A DNA stretch of 64,000 nt from the NCBI GenBank assembly GCA_002269645.1, contig NIVC01001916.1:1-64000 (forward strand), read 5' to 3'. The position numbers and the translations under genes are program-made. Positions 14,444 to 28,488 of the stretch are shown one piece after another. A model generated the notes under the pieces. The model was not told the DNA's origin, made no database searches, and saw only the letters and a list, made by a program, of their open reading frames with translations. The stretch comes from Macrostomum lignano. Taxonomy: Eukaryota. Each line of letters opens with the position of its first letter. Positions within the stretch are counted from its first letter, which is position 1.

Positions 14444-15434
<991 letters not shown>

Positions 15435-15681
15435 GTGTCTGCCAGGAATAGGCACAGGGATATGCAAATAAAATCACTGCAGTCCTTAAAAAGCTGAGAT
15501 GGCTGGTTCTGAGGCAATTTCCGAAAGATATTTGATACAAAAATTGTTTTTTATGGGTGAAAACTGTTGGCTGTCGGATGTGTTGACACAGCCCAGAGAT
15601 TGCAGGTTTGTTTGGCCAGACGCTGTTGTTAGAAATATTTTTTAGGAATAAAATTATTTTAGTATCGAGCTGAAGCAATAG

Positions 15682-15890
15682 GGAGTGACAGTGGCCCTGA
15701 AAGATCAGGGAGTGACAGCCGGACCTGAAGGATCAGGGAGTGACAGCCGGACCTGAAGGATCAGGGAGTGACAGCCGCCCCTGATGGATCAGGGAGTGAC
15801 AGCCGCCCCTGAAGGATCAGGGAGTGACAGCCGGACCTGAAGGATCAGGGAGTGACAGTCGGACCTGAAGGATCAGGGAGTGACAGCCGA
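15682..15890. repeat. 28-bp minisatellite (GATCAGGGAGTGACAGCCGGACCTGAAG), ~7 copies
   Basis: Direct. Confidence 0.9.
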
Positions 15891-16201
15891 CAGTAACTCC
15901 AGGAATTTCCCATCTGTAGGCCAAACAGATTTTCGCCAAAGTTGTTCTACCGTAAAAGTCCCTTGGCCCCTGCGATGCCATAAAAATACAGCAGAGGAAT
16001 TCCTGACACGGTGCAGATTTTTTAGTAATGAAAGCACAGGCTGAGACTGAGTACAGTCAGACACGGCTTCCTTCATGACAGCCAGCCAATAGGATTGTGT
16101 TGAAATATCTGGTTGGATAAAGTAAACCTGATTTGAGGATAAAACCGTGCATCTGTTGCTTTTAGAAGCAGCGAAACAGCAGCAGAAAGAGTAGCAACAA
16201 G

Positions 16202-19200
16202 ATGATGAACGGCACGAGTCGGATAAGCAAGAAGACGCTGAGAAAGCAGGTGCTGCTGAGCAGGCTGCAGCAGCTCATGACCAGCTCAACAGCTCACGGA
16301 ATGAACAAGCTGGTGCAGTCGGACTCCAACTGGCCCATGAAGGTGGCGTGGTTCGCCATTTTCATTTGCGCCGTGTGCGGCGTCACCGTCCACACCGCCA
16401 CGGTGATCCGCCTGTACTTCAGCTACCCGGTCAGCTCCACAGTTCGCCAGCAGGTCAACGGCTTCGAGTTCCCGGACGTCACCATCTGCGACACAATGCT
16501 GAAGAAGTTCTTCCTGTACAATGTGTCTCACTACGACCGCTGCACGCGGAACCAAGACTACAGCCGCTACTCGCAAGTTGTCCAGACCATGCTGGGCTAC
16601 CAGTTCGGCTGGGAGAGCAAGAAGTTCCTCAAGGCCATCTACATCGCGTCCGGGCACAAGTTCAACATGTCAGAGGTCAGCGCCAGAGCGGAAGACTTCG
16701 TGCTCTATTGCGAGTTCGACCAGAAACCCTGCGGATTTGAAAACTTCAGTCTCTACTACGACCGGGAGTACGGCAACTGCTTTACGTTCCAGCCGCAGTC
16801 GCGGCAGCTGGAGAAGGCCGGAGCGGATATGGGCCTCATCATGGTGCTCTACCCGCCATCGGTTGACGCAAACTTCGACGAGGATCGAATAATGAAGACC
16901 ACAACCGGGCTGGAGAGCAAAGGCTTCCAGATCACTGTGCACCAGCGGGACACCCAGCCGGATCCGCACGAGTTCGGCATCACGGCCCCCGTGGGGATGC
17001 GGGCTGACTTTGCCCTGTCCCAGACGAAGATCCAACTGGCCAACACCAACACGAGGCCTTGTTCCCCGGCCGGCAAGCAGACCTTCTGGAATCCGTTCTT
17101 GCGAACTCGTCAAGAGTACGAGAACCGCCTGTACAACTGCGTTGACAACGAGGACGCCAACCAGATCCAGAGCGTCTGCCGGTGCACTATCGAAGGCCTG
17201 ATTCCCGTCAATGAGAAGCGACTGCGATCAGCTGACTACTGCCACGACATCCTCGACATGCAGCGCTTCAACGAGACCAGATTTAGAAACCTCTCGAATC
17301 TGGTGCAGAGGATCTGGGGTCGCTACAGCGAGGTCGTGAAGCGGAAGTACGCCAGACTGATTGTAAAGGTTGCTGGTAGTCAGGTGAGTCTGTGCTGGGA
17401 TATGAAGCATTCCCTGACCAAATAAAATATCAGAGCAGTTGACTCTCGCGCCGCAACCCCTGGTTCGATTCCGTGGGCGCGGCCACATACATTTTCGGCT
17501 TGTGCACGAAAACTTGGAAACTTGGCACGAAAAGTGTTACATGCCTGACAAAATAGAAAGTTTGTCGTAACCCGGGTCGGTTTGAGTGTCCGGAATACAA
17601 TATAGGTTATATGTTATATAACAGGCGTAGTGACGCTCTGTCTCGTACTTATATGGATACAAGCAGGCGTGACGAAGCTCTGCGATAACAGGTTGCTCCG
17701 TCTGGTGATGCGACACTCAGAGTTCACGCTGCGGCTCGAGGTGCGGTGACATTCTCGAGTGCTTATACAGCGGGTATACAGTATAAGTAGAGGTACATTT
17801 TAGTTCGAGCTACATGCTCTCCCGGCGTTATGACGCTCTGGCAAGAACTCCCTGCTCCCCAGAAAAAAAGTGAACTCAAGCAGGCGGCTTACTAGTGGCC
17901 AAAGTACTGTTCGCATGTTTATTGATTTTGCTCGTTGGTCTCAAGCGCAGCTCGACTGACTTCTCAATTGGGCTAAGTGACTAAGGTGAACCGTTCCCGT
18001 ATCTCTCGCAGTTTCTTTGATTCAGGTTGCTAATGTTGCTGTTTATTACTTGGTAACTTAAGTCAAGTCTCGCTTGCAATCTCGGAGCGCAAAAAACGAC
18101 GGGCGTGGGCAAAACCCAGAGTTACGCAATAAATACCAACCAAACCCTGAGGCAGACTAAGCCCACAAAACGAGCAAACTACAAAAAAATAGACTGGCCG
18201 CGCGACCAGCCAATCAAAACCCCGCCAGGGGGGGGGGGAGGGGCCGCACCCGCGTCAAAGTCGGTCCGGCCGCAGCCAACCAGCCCTGAGCACGGGGCAG
18301 GGGGGCACGGCTGGGGAGGGGCACGTGCATAGCCCGGCCGCCAACGCCCTAGCCAGCCCCAAAGTGCATTGTGCCCTGCCAGCCGACAAGGGCGCATGCA
18401 CTACAAGTTCGGAGTTAGCCCCGAGATTTCGGTTCAGCTCGCGCCCAACAACTCCCGCAGGCAATCCGAAGCTTCCCCGAGTTGGCCGAACGCCTTCGCA
18501 ATGTCGAATGCGCCAACCATTTCTCGCCGAAGCAGGTCAGGTCCGACTGTCTGAACGAGTGCCAGTACAGCGAGTACTCGTCCGCCATCGCATTGGCCGA
18601 GTGGCCCGACCGCTCCTTCAGCAGCCGCGGCAGCCTCATCCGCACCAAGAAGCTGGGCAGCGTGCTGGCTGACTACACTCGACGAGTGGCCAACTGCAGC
18701 CCGCCGGCAGCGCTGCCCACATCGCTGGGCATCAGCAACCGCAGCATCTCCGGCTGCAAGGAGGATGACTACCCGAACTACGATCAGACGCCGCTGGAAA
18801 ACACCACCTGCGGAGACTTGCAGTCGTTTGTCAGCAACACGCTGGTGCAGGTGCGGGTCTACCCCAAAACCCTGACCATCAGAATGCTGCTCGAGGTTCG
18901 CTCCTACGAGCTGGAGAAACTGTTCAGCGACATTGGCGGCATCCTCGGCCTGTGGGTTGGCATCAGCGTGATCACCATATTTGAGCTGGCGGAGATCGCC
19001 ATCATCACGGCGGTGTACCTGTACAACCTGGTGCACGCCAAGGCAGGCATCGGGGACCCGTCCGCTTGGCGGCTCCGCTGCGGTCAGACATCAAGAAGTT
19101 CAAGCGAACCTGAGCCACATCACCTGCCCAGCTGCAATGGAGTTCCTTCGCAGCAGCAGCAGCAGCAGCATCCCCATCAGGATCCGGAACCTCCCTGGCT

Positions 19201-19285
19201 GCCTTCAATATCAGCTCACGGCTGCGGCGGCAGCGACAGCAGATCCGTGATCTGCATCAAATACGACTTTGAGACAAATCTGTGA
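16202..19285 (+). CDS. DEG/ENaC (amiloride-sensitive sodium channel superfamily) subunit, 2 exons, ~668 aa
   Basis: Exon 1 16202-17383 (CAG|GTGAGT, phase 0) and exon 2 18461-19285 (CCCGCAG|GCA, in frame with ORF 18482). Motifs: pre-TM1 STAHG, TM1 + YFSYPV, FPDVTIC, YGNCFTF, Cys-rich thumb, VQVRVY, TM2 LFSDIGGILGLWVGISVITIFE with GxS filter. Confidence 0.93.
17431..17485 (+). mobile_element. tRNA-derived SINE-like fragment in the ENaC intron
   Basis: GCAGTTGACTCTCGCGCCGCAACCCCTGGTTCGATTCC: B-box GGTTCGATTCC; similar to the 10184-10250 element. No complete cloverleaf. Confidence 0.45.
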
Positions 19286-19317
19286 GGCACCGAGACGGCT
19301 CTTCTTGATAGCAGTGG

Positions 19318-19692
19318 CGCTAAGAGACAGGGGCGCCAACTAAGAGCCCCCAAGAAGAGACAGGGGCGCCCCCCAAAAGACAGAGGCGCCCACCAAGAGA
19401 CAGGGGCGCCCACCAAGAGACAGGGGCGCCAACTAAGAGCCCCAAGAAGAGACAGGGGCGCCCCCCAAAAGACAGAGGCGCCCACCAAGAGACAGGGGCG
19501 CCCACCTACAGACAGGGGCGCCCAACAAGAGACAGGGGCACCCACCAAGACACAGAGGCGCCCACCTAGAGACAGGGGCGCCCACCAAGAGACAGGGGCG
19601 CCCACCAAGAGACAGGGGCGCCCACCTACAGACAGGGGCGCCCAACAAGAGACAGTGGCACCCACCAAGAGGCAGGGGCGCCAAGAGACAGA
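19318..19692. repeat. ~20-bp minisatellite (CCAAGAGACAGGGGCGCCCA)
   Basis: Direct; begins ~30 nt after the ENaC stop codon. Confidence 0.92.
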
Positions 19693-20179
19693 GGACCCAA
19701 TATTGGCTCCCCCAAGTGTCAATTATCTTCCCAGAAACATTTCCTGCTCTCGCCACTGATTAACACTGCACAAATTTGAGCATGACAGGCTGTGAAGGCA
19801 GGCAGTAAACTCACAATTGTTTTATTATCAATTTACTCACATTCAACAAGTATTTTGTGTCTGCCATGACTATTGCTTTATTGTAAGCGATATGTAAATC
19901 GAACGTATTAGGCGATATTTTTTAACTTGATATCCCCCATCCAGGATTGTTTACTGAAGGAAAATAACAGTTGTCTCGCCAATGTATTCCGCACAAAGAC
20001 CCCGGCCACCAGCAAAACATTCTGCTTTAACTTTCAATGGGTATTTATCTTGCGAAAAAAGAATTCGTGTTTGTTATAAATTTCGACTTTTAACTATTAT
20101 CCAAACTCTTCCTAACGAATAGTTACTCAATAAAAATCAATTATTAGAGTTAATTTGTCGCATAATTTCAGCAGATAGA

Positions 20180-20505
20180 ATTCAGTGGCGCCAAAATAGA
20201 ATGCAGTGGCGCCAAGATCGAATGCAGTGGCGCCAAGATAGAATGCAGTGGCGCCAAGATCGAATGCAGTGGCGCCAAGATCGAATACAGTGGCGCCAAG
20301 ATCGAATTCAGTGGCGCCAAGATCGAATGCAGTGGCGCCAAGATAGAATGCAGTGGCGCCAAGATAGAATGCAGTGGCGCCAAGATCGAATGCAGTGGCG
20401 CCAAGATCGAATGCAGTGGCGCCAAGATCGAATGCTGTGGCGCGAAGATAGAATGCAGTGGCGCCAAGATAGAATTCAGTGGCGCCAAGATAGAATTCAG
20501 TGGCA
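20180..20505. repeat. 21-bp minisatellite (GAATGCAGTGGCGCCAAGATC), ~15 copies
   Basis: Direct; explains the MQWRQDR ORF. Confidence 0.95.
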
Positions 20506-20984
20506 AGAATTAAAACCGTGCTAGAATTAGAGCAAGTTTAAACAAACAAAACAAAGCCGGAACTTTGAGCTGTGTGGTATGAGCAAGCGAGACTGAAGCC
20601 GGTCTCATTAGGCCGCTCGCATACTGGGCGAACTGCAGTGCTTGCTCGAAAGCAGTCATGCAGTTGCATGCATGTGCCGCGCAAGAAGATCTCCCATGCC
20701 AGCACCGACTCAATCAGCGGGCGAGAGATATACAAAGTTAAAAGGGATGTTTTTAGCCTCGGGCGAGCGTAAAGTCAAACGAATTCGGGTGGAAAAGTTA
20801 TGCAGAGAAACTGCACGGGCCAAAGTTGCCTGACTCTGGCTGCACTTTTATTGTCACGTCTGCTTGGGATGTTTGGGATGTCACCTCAGACTATGGTCAT
20901 TGAGTAATTAATGTATTAGACTTTCCAATTCAATCGTCTTATTTGTCTTCTTAACTGCCAAAGTTTCATTTAGTACACGCGCGG

Positions 20985-21752
20985 GCATTCTGTGACATTC
21001 TATGGCATTACTGACATTCTATGGCATTCTGTGACATTCTATGGCAATCTGTGACATTTCATGGCATTCTGTGACATTTTATGGAATTTGTGACATTCTA
21101 TGGCATTTTTGCATTCTATGGCATTCTGTGACATTCAATGGCATTCTGTGACATTCTGTGGCAATCTGTGACATAGTATGGCAATCTGTGACATTTTATG
21201 GCATTCTGTGACATTCTATGGCATTCTGTGACATTTTATGGCATTCTGTGACATTCTATGGCATTCTGTGACATTCTATGGCAATCTGTGACATTTTATG
21301 GCATTCTGTGACATTTTATGGCATTCTGTGACATTTTTTGGCATTTTTGACATTCTATGGCATTCTGTGACATTCTATGGCATTATGTGACATTCTATGG
21401 CATTCTGTGACATTCTATGGCATTGTGACATTTTATGGCATTCTGTGACATTTATGGCATTTTTGACATTCTATGGCATTCTGTGACATTCTATGGCAAT
21501 CTGTGACATTTTATGGCATTCTGTGACATTCTATGGCAATCTGTGACATTTTATGGCATTCTGTGACATTCTATGGCATTTGTGACATTCTATGGCATTT
21601 TTGCATTCTATGGCATTCTGTGACATTCTATGGCAATCTGTGACATTTTATGGCATTCTGTGACATTCAATGGCATTTTTGACATTCTATGGCATTCTGT
21701 GACATTCTATGGCAATGTGTGACATTCTATGGCATTCTGTGACATTCTATGG
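20985..21752. repeat. 20-bp satellite (GCATTCTGTGACATTCTATG), ~38 copies
   Basis: Direct; shares the TGTGACATT core with the 16-bp array at 11 kb. Confidence 0.95.
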
Positions 21753-22371
21753 TATTTTTTCAGAATCCTGATAATACTATGATACTAGGTATATCTTATA
21801 TTTTATACATGTAGGATCTGTGACATCTTATGAAATTTGAGACGTTGTTATGAAATTCGATGATATCCGAATCATTCCAATGCATGCACAGACGTTGCAA
21901 ATTCCCGCAGCTAACACATGTAAAAATAAGTACTTATAATTTCTATTTAATAGCAGAGTATAAGTTAGAATATTAAAACAATCAGCCTGAGCAATTGGCA
22001 TTCTAATCAACGCCGGACCTCATTCAACTGCTTATTTTTGCCAGGCTGGCCAGAGAAAATCAATCTGTCTTAACCCTTTCGGCCCTGGCCCGGCCTGCAA
22101 AGCAAATCCCCTCTTATCCCCATTTTTGTTCCGACGAAATTCCCTGTCATCACTTAGGAAGGGGATTAAAGAATATTTTAAATGAATTCTCCATAGGATA
22201 TATGAAATCTGCTCTATTGTGGGAAATTGCTGTTGAAATATTTTCCCATGACGAATAAGCAAGTTGAACTACAAAGGGGATTCGTATAGCTGAGGACTTT
22301 AAAAAACAATTTTTCTGTATTGCAAACCTTTCCTGTAAGTACAGATACATTGGGTTTCTATTGATCTAATT

Positions 22372-23130
22372 CCTTGATTCCTAGAAATCTCATCATACAC
22401 TGATTCCTAGAAATCTCATTAACCATATATTCTTAGAAATCTCGTTATACTGATTCTTAGAAATCGCATCATCTTCTAATTCTTAGAAATCTCATCATCC
22501 ACTGATTCTTAGAAATCGCATTATCCACTGATTCTAAGAAATCGCATCATCTTCTAATTCTTAGAAATCTCATCATCCACTGATTCTTAGAATCTCATCA
22601 TCCCCTGATTCTCAGAAATGTCATCATCCCCTGATTCTTAGAAATCTCATCATCCACTGATTCTTAGAAATCCCATCATCCTCTGATTCTTAGAAATCTC
22701 ATCATCCACCGATTCTTAGAATCCCATCATCCTCTGATTCTTAGAAATCTCATCATCCACTGATTCTTATAAATCTCATCATCCACTGATTCTTAGAAAT
22801 CCCATCATCCTCTGATTCTTAGAAATCTCATCATCCACTGATTCTTAGAAATATCATCATCCCCTGATTCTTAGAAATCTCATCATCCCCTGATTCTTAG
22901 AAATCTCATCATCCCCTGATTCTTAGAAATCTCATCATCCCCTGATTCATAAAAAATCGCATTATTCCCTGATTCTTAAAAATCGCATCATCCCCTGATT
23001 CTTAAAAATCGCATCATCCCCTGATTCTTAAAAATCGCATCATCCACTGATTCTTAGAAATCTCATCATCCACTGATTCTTAGAAATCCAATCATCCTCT
23101 GATTCTTAGAAATATCATCCCCTGATTATT
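22372..23130. repeat. ~26-bp satellite (CTGATTCTTAGAAATCTCATCATCCA), array 1
   Basis: Direct. Confidence 0.93.
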
Positions 23131-23947
23131 AGAAGTCTTACAATACCACCCACTGAGCCTTCCTCATGCCAAATCCTCAAAATTTAAAATTGAAAAATTT
23201 CAATCCCTTACCCTGGTTTATGGAAATCTCATCTAACACACAACGGAATGCTCTATCCCTAAATCTGTGGTCTCAAATACATAGGTTTATAGGTTATACA
23301 CATAGGTTATAGGTTTGCATAACTAAAACTTATAAGTTTTCAGGACTTTAACAGTGTTAACCTATGGATGACTATTTATAATGCATTGAAAACACTGCTG
23401 ATCGATTTTAAGTCTCAACAGAACTACATGTATCCCAAGTGTGCCCTGCTTTATCCCATAGTTACAACCCTCCACACGTTAATCCTCCTTGTAATTGCTC
23501 TCATCAGAGGGTCTCCAAGCCGCGGAAGAAAATGATTGTCAACACAGCTGGATCCATTTTGCCTGAGATCAGTAAGTGCCACAAAAAGTCAATCTCTTAG
23601 ACCCTGGCAAGCTCCTTTGCCACCCTAATCCAGTTCCGTGACGAGAATAACGGTAGCAATAAAATTAATCAAACAAGGGCATAGAAACACACAATTACTG
23701 TTGCACTTGACGCACGCAGTCTCAAGCAGAAAGAAGCCATAATAGCTCAAGTAATATAGTGTCTTCTATTCAGATTATTTGACCATTTTATATTCCAAGC
23801 AACTTAACAAACAAATCGCTGTAAATTTGACAAAGAAAAAATTAACAAGCATCACAGGGCGGGGGGGGGGCGTTGGGAGAAATCCTTTTAATTGGCGACA
23901 ATACTTTGCGACACGTGTGCAGAGATGGGAGAGACTGGCACAGATGA

Positions 23948-24192
23948 GAGGGTGAGAGAGTGATATAGAGGGTGAGAGGGTGATATAGAGGGTGAGAGGA
24001 TGATAGAGAGGGTGAGGGTGATATAGAGGGTGAGGGTGATAGAGAGGGTGAGAGGGTAATATAGAGGGTGAAAAAGTGATAAAGAGGGTAGATGGTGATA
24101 GAGAGGGGGAGAGGGTGATAGAGAGGGTGAGAGGGTGATAGAGAGGGTGAGAGGGTGATAGAGAGGGTGATATAGAGGGTGAGAGGGTGATG
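23948..24192. repeat. Purine-rich GAGAGGGTGAT(A) tandem repeat
   Basis: Direct. Confidence 0.85.
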
Positions 24193-24421
24193 GTGCCAAG
24201 GCAGCACACAGAGCCAATACGAGAACCACCAGTGACAGGAGCAGCATTCGCAAGTCACGCAAACAGAAAAATGGCAGCCTTTAAAAAAGATTTTCAGCGA
24301 GAAATTCAGCCAAAATAAAAAATGCTCATAGGAAATCTAATCAGCTTTAGATTTAGGGGAGTCTCTCAAATCCTCTGAAGCATTTAATCCGATTTTTAGC
24401 AAACTTTTATAGTAATCAGCG

Positions 24422-24550
24422 GCTTCCCCAATAGAATGGGATATTTATGAAATGACCGCTTCCCCAATAGAATGGGATATTTATGAAATGACCGCTTCCC
24501 CAATAGAATGGGATATTTATGAAATGCCCGCTTCCCCAATAGAATGGGAC
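24422..24550. repeat. 36-bp unit x3.5 (GCTTCCCCAATAGAATGGGATATTTATGAAATGACC)
   Basis: Direct; just downstream of the DTWD2-like stop codon. Confidence 0.9.
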
Positions 24551-24590
24551 ATTAATTTGCTAAAAACAGAACAGCCCAGCCTCTGCCCCA

Positions 24591-27500
24591 TCACAATCCG
24601 GCCCCAGTCTGATTGTCCTCCTCAGCCGCAGCTGCCAGCACCGCAGCCTCAGCTTCAAGCCGTTTCTTAGTCCGCTTGTCAGCGTGCGGCACGGCGCCCC
24701 AGGCCAGCTGGTGTCGGCACAGGGCCTCGATGGGACCCAGCACGGCGGGAAGGCAGTCTGACCGGTGCTCCAACGCATCGACAGCCAAGGCGGCAGCCTC
24801 AGCGGTGCACAGACAGCCGACATCTGGCTGTGTTCGAATCACGTAAGCTGACGGGGTGTTGGGCGCGGCAACCCGGATATGGGGCAGCTTGTGCAGGAAG
24901 TCGTTGTGAAAGTGCAGCCCGCTGGCCTGCTGCCAGGTGCCGTCGAGGACCACCAGAGTGGTCACGCTGCCGCGGGGCAGAGACTCCGCTAGCACCGAGT
25001 CGCTGCTGGGATACAGCACAGCGCAGCCGGGGGAATCGAGCTCGCGACGTCGCTTGTGGCTGGCGAAATGACGGCCGCGCCAGATTTCAACTCGACCGGG
25101 CGCCGCGGCCAGCTGCAGCATGCGGGCCGTCTGCAGCTTGCGATGCTCCTGCCAGGGGGGGGATTTGTCCTCATTTGTAGGTTTGTAGGAACAATAGAGC
25201 AAGGTACTGCTGCTTTGCATTCCGGTCCAATGTTCACTCTACTGATTCTTAGAAATCGTTTCTTTCCAGTGACTCTTAGAAACCCATGAACTGATTCTTA
25301 GAAATCACAGCATCCAGAGTTTCTAAGAAATCACATTGACTAGAAATCTAATCCACTGATTCTTTAAAATCAATTCTCTGATTCTTAAAAATCTCATTCA
25401 CTGATTCCCAGAAATTTCAACCAAACATTCTCAGAAATCTCATTTACTGATTCTCAAAAATCTCATGATCCACTTATTCTCAAAAATCTCATCATCCACT
25501 TATTCTCAAAAATCTCATCATCCACTTATTCTCAAAAATCTCATCATCCACTTATTCTCAAAAATCTTATCATCCACTGATTCTCAAAAATCTCATCATC
25601 CAAAATCTCATCCTCAAATTCTCAGAAATCTCATCCACTGATTCTTAGAAATCTTATCATCACTGATTCTTAGAAATCTCATTATCCACTTATTCTCAAA
25701 AATCTCATCATCCACTGATTCTCAAAAATCTCATCATCTACTGATTCTCAAAAATCTCACCATCTACTGATTCTCAAAAATCTTATCATCCACTGATTCT
25801 CAAAAATATCATCATTTACTGATTCTCAAAAATCTTATCATCAAATGATTCTCAGAAATCTCATTTGTTGATTCTTAGAAATCTCCTCCTTAGATTCTCA
25901 GAAATCTCATCTGCTGATTCTTAGAAATCTAATCCACTGATTCCTTGAAAGCATATCTTTTAGTGATTCCTAGAGATCATATTTTCAGTGATTCTTAGAA
26001 ACATCATTCACTGATTCTCAGAAATCTTATCATCAAATGATTCTCAGAAATCTCATTTGTTGATTCTTAGAAATCTCCTCCTTAGATTCTCAGAAATCTC
26101 ATCTGCTGATTCTTAGAAATCTAATCCACTGATTCCTTGAAAGCATATCTTTTAGTGATTCCTAGAGATCATATTTTCAGTGATTCTTAGAAACATCATT
26201 CACTGATTCTCAGAAATCTCATTATCCACTGATTCTCAGAAGTCTCATCACATACTGAATTTTAGATATCCAGAAATTTCTTAGATTTCCCTTATTTTAG
26301 TCGGTAAAACTTGTTGGTACATGTGCGAGAACCCTTTCTCCCTACAGAACAGGCCCCAGCCTTAGTTTTCATCTTAGGCTTTCCGTGCATTTTTTAGAAC
26401 ATTCTATTTTTTCCGCACACACCTCAGACAGCTCAAAATGCAAATATGAACGTGATTAAAAAATGCAGCCCTTCAAACTCTACCAAAAATGAAGAAATTC
26501 AAGCCAACACATTAAATAGCAGCTAACTAGCATGCTCCAAGTCTGCAAACTTCGCGTACGTGTAGGGAGCTCTGTGAACCAACACGTTAGTAAAATACGA
26601 ACCAATGTCTGCATAGCTAACACCAAAGCAGGTGAAAAAAAGTTTGCATGACTGCACGTGTGACGGTTAACTTTTTATTAGAGATCCAACATCATTTTAT
26701 GCGGTATTTACTCGGGGGAGGGGGTAGATGGCTGCTGAGGCACTGATGGACTGAGGTGATTAAGGAAGGGGGATAGCCGGTCCTCAGGGTGACTGAGGTG
26801 CTTCAGGAATGGGGATAGCCGGTCCTCAGGGTGACTAGAGGTGCCTCAGGAAGGGGGATAGCCGGTCCTCAGGGTGACTAGAGGTGCCTCAGGAAGGGGG
26901 ATAGCCGGTCCTCAGGGTGACTAGAGGTGCTTCAGGAAGGGGGATAGCCGGTCCTCAGGGTGACTAGAGGTGCCTCAGGAAGGGGGATAGCCGGTCCTCA
27001 GGGTGACTAGAGGTGCTTCAGGAAGGGGGATAGCCGGTCCTCAGGGTGACTAGAGGTGCTTCAGGAAGGGGGATAGCCGGTCCTCAGGGTGACTGAGATG
27101 CTTCAGGAAGGGGGATGGCAGTTTAAAGTAGCAGCAAAATATCGAACTAAAGCTTCAGAATTGCATAAAACTATCTGAATTTGCCTTTTAGTTTCCCAAA
27201 AATTTCAGCAAACAGAAAAGGTCGAATGGCATATAAAACCAAAAGCAGACTGGGCAGGAAACTCTTGCCGATTCCAAATCAAGTCGGGTCTGCAACCCCG
27301 GCTATTCCCTAGGGAAATCTGTTCTAGGGCAGATAACGACACACGACGCAGGCAAAGGCGCACAATACGAGTATCTGTGGGACACCTAGAGGCGTGAAAA
27401 CTGTTATTCCCGCAGTAACAACCGAGCCCACAGCGGATATCCTAGAGTTCTCTGGTTCGAAAACTACAGAGCGTAGTATAATGAAAACTCGGGATCCGTG

Positions 27501-28488
27501 AAAAGGAGAACAATTTTCGTTTCACAGTGAAGTCCTACAGCAGACAGGATTTTAGCGCCACACTTGAGATTTTAGCGCCACATTGGAGACTTTAGCGCCA
27601 CATTGGAGATTTTAGCGCCACTTTAGCGCCACACTTGAGATTTTAAGCTCTGCAGTCAAAATTTAAGCGCCATATTATAGATTTCAGCACCACATTCTAT
27701 ATTTTAGCGCATTATTATAGATTTCAGCGCCACATTCTATATTTTAGCGCCATATTATAGACTTCAGCACCACATTCTATATTTTAGCGCATTATTATAG
27801 ATTTCAGCGCCACATTCTATATTTTAGCGCCATATTATAGACTTCAGCGCCACATTCTATATTTTAGCGCATTATTATAGATTTCAGCGCCACATTCTAT
27901 ATTTTAGCGCATTATTATAGACTTCAGCGCCACATTCTATATTTTAGCGCCATATTATAGACTTCAGCGCCACATTCTATATTTTAGCGCCATATTATAG
28001 ATTTCAGCGCCACAGTCAAGATTTTAGCGCATTATTATACATTTTTAAGCCACATTCTAGATTTCAGCGCCACATTTAGACTTTAGCGCTACGGTTAAGA
28101 TTTTAGCGCTGCAGTCTAGATTTAAGCGCCATATTGAAAGTTTTTGCGCCAATTTAGCGCCGCAGTTGAGCACGCAGGGGAGGCAGCTGACCTCCCCTGG
28201 GATGTGGATGGCAGCCACAGTTAAGCAACAGTCAGGGGGGAGTTTATCTTCATCTCAATGCCATCATAAAGCAACACATTCAATATAAAGAGTGTATAGA
28301 AGACTGACATTCACCTCAAACGGATGCTGCAGTATGATCACTTTGGTGGCAATGTCAACTGGCACTCGGGGCAGCGAGGGGCACCAGCAGGTGGGGCTGG
28401 GTCGGCCGCACCTGCCGCAGGTGGCCCGTTTGATGTGTACCGCCTCCTGCATGTCGAACAGCTGACTGAGATCGTTGAAATTGTCCAT
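24591..28488 (-). CDS. DTWD2: DTW domain-containing protein 2-like (tRNA-uridine aminocarboxypropyltransferase), 2 exons, ~243 aa
   Basis: Exon 1 28488-28315 (RATCGRCGRPSPTCWCP...VIILQHPFE, donor GAG|GTGAAT, phase 0) and exon 2 25148-24591 (acceptor CCCCTGGCAG|GAG, phase 0) with VLYPS, LVVLDGTW, YVIRTQP and LCTAEAAA motifs typical of DTWD2/TapT. Confidence 0.88.
25240..26270. repeat. ~26-bp satellite, array 2 (same family as 22372-23130), in the DTWD2 intron
   Basis: Same CTGATTCT(T/C)A(G/A)AAATCTCATCATCCA unit; includes a ~143-bp internal duplication (~25830-26170). Confidence 0.9.
26768..27115. repeat. 43-bp minisatellite (GGGGGATAGCCGGTCCTCAGGGTGACTAGAGGTGCYTCAGGAA), ~8 copies
   Basis: Period 43 measured (26821 to 26864). 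Confidence 0.93.
27548..28160. repeat. 40-bp dimeric minisatellite built of two 20-bp AGCGCCA-containing subunits
   Basis: Period 40 (CACATTCTAT at 27731, 27771, 27811). Confidence 0.9.

Noticed and set aside
16286-19208. Antisense and alternate-frame ORFs over the ENaC exons (likewise over the rhomboids and the LINE)
   Set aside because: Shadow ORFs from GC-rich codon bias of the real genes.
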